Of a stretch of 46,093 bases of DNA, positions 1 to 8,391 are shown piece after piece; the first letter of the stretch is position 1, and each line of letters begins with the position of its first letter. The notes under the pieces are model-generated. The model ran no database searches. It was not told the DNA's origin and worked only from the letters and a program-made list of their open reading frames with translations. A program made the position numbers and the translations under genes. Origin of the DNA: Thermodesulfobacteriota bacterium (GTDB lineage: Bacteria > Desulfobacterota > Desulfobulbia > Desulfobulbales > SURF-16); the NCBI GenBank assembly GCA_040755455.1, contig JBFMAY010000033.1, positions 1 through 46,093 on the forward strand. Direction: 5' to 3'.

Positions 1-2962
1 AGCTGATTGAGCCCGGGCCGCTTGTTACCTCCAGCTTGTCCACTGTCACAGCCGTGCCGGAAACATTGTTCACATCAATATTGCCATTATCAGTTACTGC
101 CGTAAGACTCTGGGTCTGCAGATCAAGATCATTGTTGTTGCCGATGCCCCTTACCGCGGACAGACTCACCGATGAGGCAACGATATCCGTTGTGGTGTCC
201 GGGTTCGTAGAGTCATCATTGATCGACCGGGCAGAGGTTATGGTCACGTTATTATCTGTTGCATTTAAACTGCCAAGAATCACTGAACCAGAGGTGGTCG
301 TTTCCAGAACGATGTTTCCTGTTGTTCCGCCCGCGGTGATCGTGCCGCCGCTGTTGTCAAGGCGGCCGTCGTCAACTTTGAGGTCAATACTGCCGTCCGC
401 TGTGGATGCAAGGGCAATGATTGCATTTCCACCACCAGTCTGGCTGAAATCGATTGAACCCGTGCCGGTTGACAGTTTATGCACTATTACATCTTCAATG
501 GAATCATTGTTCACATCAATGTTGCCGTTATCAGTTACTGCCTTAAGACTTTGGGTCTGCAGATCAAGGTCGGCGTTGTTGCCTATGCCGTTTAGTGCGG
601 TCAAACTCACCGATGAGGCAACGATATCCGTTGTGGTGTCCGGGTTCGCAGAGTCATCATTGATTGAAGTTCCGGAGAGAGTAACCGCTCCTCCACCAAC
701 ATTAATTGTGCCGATCTCTATGGCGCCAGCGCCCTCGAAGGATAATGCAAAACCGGACTGCAAGGGAGTGGCTGAAACAGCTTCCAACACATACTTTGTG
801 CCATCAGCTGATCCAGTGAAAGTGAGATTGTTGGCTCGTATATCAAAAGTGGCATTGTTGGTATCGTTTAGCTTTGCAACGCTGGTGCTTTTCAAATCTA
901 ACAAGGAAAAATCCCCGCTATTATTAATATATATACTCCCTCCAAATATCGCAGTCAGTTCGGTCGTGTTGATGTCAATATCGCGAATATTCGCCGATCC
1001 TCCAATATTCTTAGAGGCATTCAGATAAATGGAACCACCGTCAATTATCTTGCCATCACCGGATGAGTTATCAACGATGGATCCATCAGTGCTGGTGATG
1101 GAGATATGACCTTCTGTCTGCAGCGAATTGACCTTTACTTGCCCTTCAGCACTCAAGGTGATATCCGCGCTCCCTGTTGTAATGGATACGTTCGTATTCC
1201 TCATATCGATTATACCCTTGTCATCCTTGACAGTCGGGGTGGCACCCGCAGCATTTGCTGTAATCGATACGGTGCCGTTCTTTGTGGTAATACCGGCATT
1301 CAGAATGACATCATCCCCTGCCTGCAGGGTCAGACCTCCACCTTCCTTAGTACTCCCTGACGCATCAATGGCAGTATTAACCGTTATATCATTATTGGCC
1401 TGCAGGGTAACGGGTGTCCCATCATCCATAATTTCGGTCAATTTGCCAGGAGCAATGGTTTTCGTCCCTACCCCCTCCGAAAATGCATAAACATTGTCTG
1501 TATTGACACCATCTAGCAGTTCACCTTCACCTTCTTCATCCACGATTATATCATCCGGATCGAGCAGGAGGTTGCCGGCCTCGCCGCTGAGCGCGGCCAG
1601 TGAAACATAACCGTTGAAGGAAAGCCATTCTTTGCCCGACACCTCCACAAACCCGCCATCCCCGGAAACACTCCCCCCACGGGCGCTGATGTCGCCATGA
1701 AAGCGGGTGGTGCCATCGGCCCAGACAATGACCTTGCCCCCATCGCCTGCACGTACCGCATCGGCGGTGATCGCCGCCGCGGCATCCACATAAGTGGCGG
1801 TCGCGTTCTTGATATCGGGATTGGCGCCCTGGAAGTCTCCGCCCACCAACACCTCGCCGCCTCCCGCATCACCGGAGGCATCGATGACCGCTCCGGCAAA
1901 GAGGCCGACCTTGTCGCCCAGCACTTGGACGCTGCCTCCCTGCTGGCCCGCATCTTTTCCCGACGCATCGAGGGTGCCGGAGACGCTGACGATGCCGGAA
2001 TCTCCGCCATGGAGAATAATCTCGCCCCCCTGGCCCACCTCAACCGCCCTGGCCTCGATGATGCCGTCCATATTGACCACCTTGCTGACCGCGCGTCCGA
2101 CGGCGGAGGCGGTCAGCAGAACCGTGCCGCCATCGGCGGAGATAAGCCCGCTGTTGCTGACCAGGGACTCGGCGGCCTGGGCCTGATCCTCGCCCACGGT
2201 GGAACCGACGGCAAACTGCACCAGATTGTCGCCATAGAGATCAAGGGTAAAGGTATTGCCCGAGGCGAGCGCCACCTTGCCCAGCCGGGCCTGGATGACG
2301 CCGCTGTTTGCCACCACCGGGGCCACCAGGGCCGCGAGACCGGCATCGTGCACCGTGATGGTGCCCTGGTTGATCACAGCGGCATCCGGCACGGAGGAGG
2401 GGATGGCAAACCTGAGATTGCCCGCCATGAAGTCCTCGTTGGCGATGTCGGCGGTTGTTGCGACAAGCCCGCCCACGTCAACCCTGGAAGCGGGGCCCAA
2501 AAAAACGCCGTTGGGGTTGACCAGCACCACCCTGCCGTTGGCGGTCAGGGTGCCGAGAATACTGGAGGGATCGCCGGTGGTCACCCGGTTCAAGGTCATG
2601 GAGGATGCGGAAGGCTGGTTGAAGCGGGTGTGTTCGCTGGCGGCGATATTGAAGCTGCGCCAGTCAATGACCGCTTTATTGGTGGTCTGGTTGACATTGA
2701 GCCGGGAGGATGAGTAAACCATGGAAGCAGCGCCGGCCTTCACAATCCCGTCCTGGGGCAGGGCAAAGAGGCTTGCCGGTGTCACCAGGGTACTGATGCA
2801 GACCGAAGCGCCGAGGTACGCGGAAAACGTGGTGGCAGCTCTCCGGCTTCCTTGCCTCAAAATTGCCGGGAAACCTTTTTTTGCCGCTTTCCCCGCCGGT
2901 TTCCTGCCGGTTAACCGGTTGACAAAAGCCCTGATTTTTTTATTCATCATTTGTCCTTTCAT
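1..2962 (-). CDS. Filamentous haemagglutinin-like two-partner secretion exoprotein (TpsA); C-terminus runs off the left window edge
   Basis: Hand translation of the minus strand from ATG 2962 (alternatives 2968/2950) gives a long signal peptide, then LPQDG...VIDWRSFNI...TRFNQPS...LNRVT..GDPSSILGTLTANGRVVLVNPNGV (TPS/haemagglutination-activity domain, NPNG motif), followed by a G/T/N/D-rich beta-helix-type passenger. It lies directly downstream of a TpsB gene. Confidence 0.9.
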   Translation of the reverse strand, partial: MKGQMMNKKIRAFVNRLTGRKPAGKAAKKGFPAILRQGSRRAATTFSAYLGASVCISTLVTPASLFALPQDGIVKAGAASMVYSSSRLNVNQTTNKAVIDWRSFNIAASEHTRFNQPSASSMTLNRVTTGDPSSILGTLTANGRVVLVNPNGVFLGPASRVDVGGLVATTADIANEDFMAGNLRFAIPSSVPDAAVINQGTITVHDAGLAALVAPVVANSGVIQARLGKVALASGNTFTLDLYGDNLVQFAVGSTVGEDQAQAAESLVSNSGLISADGGTVLLTASAVGRAVSKVVNMDGIIEARAVEVGQGGEIILHGGDSGIVSVSGTLDASGKDAGQQGGSVQVLGDKVGLFAGAVIDASGDAGGGEVLVGGDFQGANPDIKNATATYVDAAAAITADAVRAGDGGKVIVWADGTTRFHGDISARGGSVSGDGGFVEVSGKEWLSFNGYVSLAALSGEAGNLLLDPDDIIVDEEGEGELLDGVNTDNVYAFSEGVGTKTIAPGKLTEIMDDGTPVTLQANNDITVNTAIDASGSTKEGGGLTLQAGDDVILNAGITTKNGTVSITANAAGATPTVKDDKGIIDMRNTNVSITTGSADITLSAEGQVKVNSLQTEGHISITSTDGSIVDNSSGDGKIIDGGSIYLNASKNIGGSANIRDIDINTTELTAIFGGSIYINNSGDFSLLDLKSTSVAKLNDTNNATFDIRANNLTFTGSADGTKYVLEAVSATPLQSGFALSFEGAGAIEIGTINVGGGAVTLSGTSINDDSANPDTTTDIVASSVSLTALNGIGNNADLDLQTQSLKAVTDNGNIDVNNDSIEDVIVHKLSTGTGSIDFSQTGGGNAIIALASTADGSIDLKVDDGRLDNSGGTITAGGTTGNIVLETTTSGSVILGSLNATDNNVTITSARSINDDSTNPDTTTDIVASSVSLSAVRGIGNNNDLDLQTQSLTAVTDNGNIDVNNVSGTAVTVDKLEVTSGPGSIS
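64..664. repeat. Internal ~160-bp direct repeat in tpsA (64-223 and 505-664, period 441 bp = 147 aa)
   Basis: cattgttcacatcaat...gatgaggcaacgatatccgttgtggtgtccgggttcg.agagtcatcattgat occurs twice, in frame. Confidence 0.9.
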
Positions 2963-3075
2963 GGCCATTCTCCATCAGGAAACCGCTGTTTCCCTTCTTC
3001 AGTTGACGGCATCTCTTTTATCATTTTTTCAACCCGCAACAACTCGCTACAGCAGGGCAACCTTTACCTGGACTT

Positions 3076-4809
3076 TCAAAAACTGATAATCACCGCAAAG
3101 GAGTACCAGGGATCTCTATCGTTCTGCCGGGAAGGAATCCGGGAAAGAGGCTTTGCCACCTCCCAGTGCAGGGTGACATTTTCCCGCCAGAACAGGCGAA
3201 CGCCCAGGCCGGCCGATTCGAGATCCGGTTTTTCATTGTACGTGTTTTCATCGATATCATCAACGTTCCACACCTTGCCCACATCATAGAAGGTATAAAA
3301 CTGAGCAGAAAAATCGTTGTAAGCGGAGGTGAGGTACTGCAGTTCCGCGGAAAAACCAATGCCCCTGTCGCCCAGGATCTCACCGTTATCATAGCCGCGG
3401 CCTATTACCCTGCCGCCGATACCGAATTCCTCCGAGGAAAAAAGCGGCTCGTCGCTGTACTGCCACAGAAAACGAGTCAACAGGCCGAGTCCGGGAGTCA
3501 GAACGTCAAGATACTGCATCCTCCGCAGTTCCCCGTTGAAGCTGTTAAATTCCGGGCTGGCCTCGTAGCGGGTGGAGTAGAGGGAGTTTTTCTGGGTTGC
3601 CGACCAGTCAAGCCCCTGATTGGCGGTCAGGATGATGGTGTTTGCCCCGGCAAACTGATCGAGGAAATCAAGGGTGGCGGTCGCATAGAATTTCGGGATG
3701 CGGTCTTCAATAAACTTGTCATCCAGCACGTGCAGCAGATATTTCAGATGCTTGTAACCCCCCTCAACCTGGAGGCTGACATCTCGGGTCCGCATCCAGG
3801 GATATTTCAGGCTGACGGTCTTGATGTAGGTGCGTCCGTCGGTTTCCAACAAACGCAAGTCATCATCGGGCCGGGAAGGTTCCTCGGACATGCTTGCGTT
3901 CAAGCTGAGCCCTTCCGTTCCCAGGGGCAGGCTGGTATCCCCCTGAATGTATTTGAGTTCAGTGGTCGGATTGGTGATCAGGCCGACAACGGAGAACCTT
4001 TCCCCCTGGCCAAAGGGCGAATTGAGATTAACCCCGAGAGTAGCCCGCTCCGGACCAAGGTAATAACTGCCATAGTTATCATAGGAGAGATAGCCGTCCA
4101 GCATCTGCCGCTCGGCCACCACCACCAGCTCGGATGCGCCCGGCGTGTCTTTGGAAGGCCGGATGATATTCTGGGTTGTGACCCCGGCCATATCGTTGAC
4201 CAGCAGGAGATAGCGCTCAAGATCCTGGACCCGCAGCGGTTTCCTGTCGACGATTTTATTGAGAAAGGCGAGAATCCTGGGCTGCATGGGTTCCGCCCCT
4301 TCAATGTTGATCCGGTCGATGAAGCCCTCAACCACATAGATCTTGGCCACCCCGTCGTGGATACGCTGCTGGGGCACGATGGCCCGGGACAGCACATAAC
4401 CGTCCTGCCGGTATTTCCGGGTTATTTTTTCCTCGACATCATAAATGCGCGCCAGGGAAATCTCCTTGCCCAGCAGATCCTGATAAAATACCAGGATCTC
4501 TTCCTCCGGATAAACGGTCACCCCTTCAATTTCGATTTTCTCAAGAAAAAAGGTGATTTTTTCCAACTCCTCCCGGAAAACTCCGCCACCCTCGGGTATC
4601 TGCATGTCGATTTTCACTTTGGGCTTGGCCGGCTCCGGCGGAACAACTTCTTCCCGGCCGGGACGGAAACCAGGTGCTTCCGGTCTCACCTGGGCGGGAA
4701 GCGTGTCCGCCATGACGGCAAGCAACAGCAAGACAAGAAAGGTTTCTCCAAAAATCCGGGCAACAGCCATTCTGCTCATTGAAAATACTCTCATCATTCT
4801 CACTCTCAT
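3076..4809 (-). CDS. ShlB/FhaC/HecB-family two-partner secretion outer-membrane transporter (TpsB)
   Basis: Signal peptide, POTRA motifs (ITRKYRQDGYVLSRAIVPQQRI, LERYLLLVNDMAG), YDNYGS, GRGY loop motif, FYDVG, C-terminal Phe. Confidence 0.92.
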   Translation of the reverse strand: MRVRMMRVFSMSRMAVARIFGETFLVLLLLAVMADTLPAQVRPEAPGFRPGREEVVPPEPAKPKVKIDMQIPEGGGVFREELEKITFFLEKIEIEGVTVYPEEEILVFYQDLLGKEISLARIYDVEEKITRKYRQDGYVLSRAIVPQQRIHDGVAKIYVVEGFIDRINIEGAEPMQPRILAFLNKIVDRKPLRVQDLERYLLLVNDMAGVTTQNIIRPSKDTPGASELVVVAERQMLDGYLSYDNYGSYYLGPERATLGVNLNSPFGQGERFSVVGLITNPTTELKYIQGDTSLPLGTEGLSLNASMSEEPSRPDDDLRLLETDGRTYIKTVSLKYPWMRTRDVSLQVEGGYKHLKYLLHVLDDKFIEDRIPKFYATATLDFLDQFAGANTIILTANQGLDWSATQKNSLYSTRYEASPEFNSFNGELRRMQYLDVLTPGLGLLTRFLWQYSDEPLFSSEEFGIGGRVIGRGYDNGEILGDRGIGFSAELQYLTSAYNDFSAQFYTFYDVGKVWNVDDIDENTYNEKPDLESAGLGVRLFWRENVTLHWEVAKPLSRIPSRQNDRDPWYSFAVIISF

Positions 4810-4842
4810 TTTTGCGGGTAATCGCTCTCATTTTCATCTTTA

Positions 4843-5577
4843 TCAATTACTTCTTGCAGCCGCCAGATCGACAAGCGGTCCCAGATTGGCCAGGGAAGCC
4901 AGATGGAAATAAATCCAGGCAAGCTGCCCGGAACGAAACAATTCCAGAACAGGTTCCCCGCCAAGCTGCAGCAGCTTTTTCTCATCCACAATAAGAAACC
5001 GGCCCAGGGTGAAGCTTTTGCCGGATGCCAGGTCGAATTTGGCGGAATAAGGGGTGAGAAGTCCTGTGAGGACAAGCTTTTCACTAAACGTTTCGGTGAT
5101 GCGGAAATGATGATGACAGTCCTGCAGGAAGCTGATTGTGTTGCGAAGAAACGGGGCATATTCACCATTTTCATCAAACAACACTTCCCCGTTTCCGCCG
5201 TCAAAACCCGGATAGGACGCATCAACGCAGACCGTCAGATTCTCTGCTCCGTTCTGTCTGTCGGATGCCAGAATAAAAGGGTAGCGGCGGATAAAGGCGG
5301 GAATATAGCGGGCGGACCAGCCGCCCCTGCCATCAAGATAGAGATTCTGGCCGCTGCGGATGCCAAGTAAAGCCACGGGTACAATATCTTTCCCTTTTGT
5401 TTCCGAGAAAACGATGGGATACTCTTTGCCGGCCTCGGCAAATTCCTTGCCGGCAAGCGGCACGGAATTGATTGCCGCAGCAAACGAGTAATTCCCGGCA
5501 ACAGGGAGCACCCGGGCGTTGGCGTGGGATTGCCTGTTCAGCGGTAAAGTTTTGTTATAAAAAAGAAGCTCCGGCAT
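4843..5577 (-). CDS. sapC: SapC family protein
   Basis: Motifs EF...KEYPIVF, PVALLG, YIPAFIRRYPFIL and IVDEKKL are typical of the SapC family, which often sits beside surface-protein secretion genes. Confidence 0.85.
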   Translation of the reverse strand: MPELLFYNKTLPLNRQSHANARVLPVAGNYSFAAAINSVPLAGKEFAEAGKEYPIVFSETKGKDIVPVALLGIRSGQNLYLDGRGGWSARYIPAFIRRYPFILASDRQNGAENLTVCVDASYPGFDGGNGEVLFDENGEYAPFLRNTISFLQDCHHHFRITETFSEKLVLTGLLTPYSAKFDLASGKSFTLGRFLIVDEKKLLQLGGEPVLELFRSGQLAWIYFHLASLANLGPLVDLAAARSN

Positions 5578-5772
5578 CTCTTTCCCCCCCTCAGAGGAAA
5601 TTTTCTTCCTCGCCTGACTGCTTCAGTTGCTTGAGTGCTGCCCTGTAAAAAAGCTGCTTGATAAACAGGGGAATGATAAAAGGCGATATCCAGATTATTT
5701 AATGAACAAATTTCGAAATATTCCCCAGCCTCGCCGCCGCATGTTTTTTTTTACATTTGATTCTTCAGGAAT

Positions 5773-5808
5773 AAAAAAAGCCGGGCTACCATCATTGGTA
5801 ACCCGGCT
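5773..5808 (-). terminator. Intrinsic terminator forming the riboswitch expression platform
   Basis: Minus strand AGCCGGGTTACC-AATGAT-GGTAGCCCGGCT followed by a T run; the 5' arm overlaps the aptamer 3' strand. Confidence 0.85.
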
Positions 5809-5875
5809 GTCTTATATAAAGAAAAGACCCGTGGCTTTCCGTCCCTGCTTCTCAACAGGTTTGGCTTTATCACAC
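5795..5875 (-). ncRNA. c-di-GMP-I (GEMM) riboswitch upstream of sapC-tpsB-tpsA
   Basis: Minus strand GATAAAGCCAAACCTGTTGAGAAGCAGGGACGGAAAGCCACGGGTC...GACAGCCGGGTTACC matches the GEMM consensus (AAACC...GNRA...GGGACG.AAAGCC...GGGTTACC). Confidence 0.88.
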
Positions 5876-6045
5876 AGCTTGTCCTAACAAAGCATTAGAA
5901 TACGATTTCATATTTGTAAATGTGGTAAATTGTCGCATTTAACATACACCTGGAACGCTTGGGAATTTCCTAACCTAACATTAGAGGCTGTCGGAGCTTT
6001 GGGGCGGAGCCGCTCCATACAATCCTTCTTTCACTGAGCATTAAT

Positions 6046-6666
6046 TTATGGGGCTTGATTCCCAGTTGGTGCATGCTGACTGAATTTATACAAGACACAT
6101 TCACCACCCAAACCATCTGCCTCCTCCACCAGCCCAATTTCTCTGCCGTATGTTCGGCTACGCCATTCTAGACGTTTGTCTTCCGGAACTTCTGGATCGT
6201 CTACAGAAAAATTCTCCAGCCGAACGACATCCGTCGTGGGGAACGTTTTCATGGTTGAGCGCTCCTTACTGGCTACCGTAAATTTACCAATTTTATCTCC
6301 TATACTTGGTACAGCGGTAATCAAAATCTCTTGAGCATCAACTCCTGGGCTAAGAGAAGACAGAACTTGGCCGTTTGCCTCTATTATGAAATAACTTACC
6401 AACGATTTAGGCTCATTATTAATACGCAGCTCCGCGCGATATATTTGGCGCTCATCTAAGATATCAGCCGAGGTGATATTGATTGTTTTTGTAAACTGAA
6501 ACTGCCCCTCAACAGAGCAGCGGTATGTCCAAGAGTTTCCAACTGATAGAGGGAAATAAGGATTCGTCACTTGCGAGGATTTAGATCCCTGCACTGTGCC
6601 TTGTTCAGCATTACATGCCTGAACAGCCAATAAGCCGCATATAAAAAGGATGGCAAGAGATTTCAT
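6046..6666 (-). CDS. Predicted lipoprotein; candidate periplasmic immunity protein
   Basis: MKSLAILFICGLLAVQAC lipobox-like signal; YFPLSVGNSWTY and C-terminal YGREIGLV motifs; start overlaps the upstream stop (ATGA). Confidence 0.7.
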   Translation of the reverse strand: MKSLAILFICGLLAVQACNAEQGTVQGSKSSQVTNPYFPLSVGNSWTYRCSVEGQFQFTKTINITSADILDERQIYRAELRINNEPKSLVSYFIIEANGQVLSSLSPGVDAQEILITAVPSIGDKIGKFTVASKERSTMKTFPTTDVVRLENFSVDDPEVPEDKRLEWRSRTYGREIGLVEEADGLGGECVLYKFSQHAPTGNQAP

Positions 6667-7742
6667 CGAATTTCGAAATGAACGCATCCGTTCCGCTCCT
6701 TAAGTATTTTCCCGCTAAATAGATTAGGATGAGCACGGGCAACCAGCGCAACAATCTCAACTTGTTTTTGGTCTATTGTAGCTGGACCACCTATGTCAAT
6801 GGCTTTACTTTGCTGATGAGCGCTCTTTCCCGGTGCCGCGATTGCTTGCCCGACGCCTCGCACCATATCGAGGACTTTTTGCTCATTTGCAATTAGATCA
6901 GCGCTGACGGCGTCATAGGTTCTTTGGGTATACTTGGCAATTATTTGCGGGCGATATTCACTAAGAAAAAATTTATGAAGTATCTTTCGCTGCGTTTCTG
7001 CGCTACGAAATCCACTACTGCAATAACTACCTTCTGGAAGCAGTGGGTTCACAAGATCCCAAGCCTCTTTAAGTTTCCCGGGAAGTTGTACTCCTGGGGA
7101 TATACTTTTAATCTTCCAGGTATCAAGGAATTTTTGCGTCCTGCCTCCCACTGAAATGACTCCGTCAGGAATTTGCATCCAGTGGCGTTGAGTATCAATA
7201 ATCCCCTTCAAAATAGTCTGATCAAAGACACCATTGCAAACACCTTGCGGAATCTTGCCTATACTCATTAATTTTTGCGCTACCGCCTTCACATCCTGTG
7301 GAAGATTTGGGCTGTGCTTCCCTACCGCCTTGGTTATGGTAAACATACCCATAGATCCCCCAATCGGCAGTGTTCTTGCGTCCTTGGCCACCTTGAGCAC
7401 GCATTCCCAACCATCTGGATCACTAGGAATTCTTTCTCGTCGCAGGTTGGCATAGTCGGCTACGCCGAGTTCTTGAATAAGCATGCCCTCCATTTGGTGG
7501 GTCTGAGCTTTCGCGAACTCCCAGTACTTGAACGTCAACGAGGATGCGGCCCCGATCCTCATTGCCAGAGCGATATTTTGATTTCCAACTCCACTGTGGT
7601 GCGACTTCAATCGACGCTGAATACTGACTCCAGATCGTCCGACGTAGATCGGTCCCGCCAGATCGTAAATCACGTAGAGGCCTGCTTTATCAGGCACATA
7701 CCCAATATGCCTTTCGTCGAAAGGCTGTCTCTGCTGAATCAT
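6663..7742 (-). CDS. GIY-YIG nuclease-like domain fused to a peptidoglycan-binding-like segment and an M15/VanY-like Zn-peptidase domain
   Basis: N-terminal GLYVIYD..GPIYVGRS..IQRRLKSH...E (GIY-YIG); C-terminal SGFRS..TQ...APGKSAHQQSKAID...VHFE (H-x6-D...H-x-E). GGAGG RBS precedes ATG 7742. Confidence 0.65.
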   Translation of the reverse strand: MIQQRQPFDERHIGYVPDKAGLYVIYDLAGPIYVGRSGVSIQRRLKSHHSGVGNQNIALAMRIGAASSLTFKYWEFAKAQTHQMEGMLIQELGVADYANLRRERIPSDPDGWECVLKVAKDARTLPIGGSMGMFTITKAVGKHSPNLPQDVKAVAQKLMSIGKIPQGVCNGVFDQTILKGIIDTQRHWMQIPDGVISVGGRTQKFLDTWKIKSISPGVQLPGKLKEAWDLVNPLLPEGSYCSSGFRSAETQRKILHKFFLSEYRPQIIAKYTQRTYDAVSADLIANEQKVLDMVRGVGQAIAAPGKSAHQQSKAIDIGGPATIDQKQVEIVALVARAHPNLFSGKILKERNGCVHFEIR

Positions 7743-7852
7743 GGTGCCTCCAAGATGCAAGAAAAGGCCTCGTATCAGGTCTTCAAATTATAGGGACAGT
7801 ATATTTATCTCTGCTGAATTAAGCATGCTGTCGCCGGGATTCCGTTTCCCCT

Positions 7853-7955
7853 AAAAACAGAAAACCGGGCTACCATCATCAGGTAACCCGGCTTTTCTTG
7901 AGAATATCCATATCATTTAGCCCCCACCGCGCAGCAGGTTTGAGTTTTTTCAATT
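7853..7955 (-). promoter_or_regulatory. Degenerate GEMM-like riboswitch leader with intact terminator
   Basis: Minus strand CTCAAACCTGCTGCGCGGTGGGGGCTAAA...AAGCCGGGTTACC-TGATGAT-GGTAGCCCGGTTTT; paralogous to the 5773-5875 leader but the aptamer core is diverged. Confidence 0.55.
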
Positions 7956-8391
7956 ATCCTGACAAATTCTTACAATGAGATTGTGTATTTGCAAATAGGG
8001 CAAATTGTCGCATCTCTGGTAGAAGGAAATTTCTCTTGTTAAGAGATAGTAACCGATTTTTCTCACCGCAAGCCCCCACGTAATAGAGGAGCAGCGGTTC
8101 TTTCTTTATATTTATTGACAATACCGGAATAATTTTACTGCCAAACAGTTTGAGCTTGTCCATTGATGATCTTTTTGTTAATCTCTGCCTCATGTGCCGT
8201 GGAGCTAATATCCTTATTAGAATATAAGCTCAAAAAATTATCCGTGGCATATTGACTCGATACCACCGATAATTTTTCACAGTCCTGGTCCTTGAACAAA
8301 AAACATTTCCGGGCAGACACTGGTTTTCCATCCTTTGTTTAAATAGTATCTGTCCTTTTCTTGTTTCTCCTCTTTTACAAACGGGGGGGCC

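Noticed and set aside
36..4782. Long plus-strand ORFs (36-1028, 1697-2713, 3166-4782)
   Set aside because: They are antisense shadows of tpsA/tpsB. The same applies to the long minus-strand ORFs opposite vgrG, traC, traH and traG.
5965..6045. Integron attC site downstream of the lipoprotein (GTTAGG on the minus strand)
   Set aside because: No matching RYYYAAC core or convincing long imperfect palindrome.
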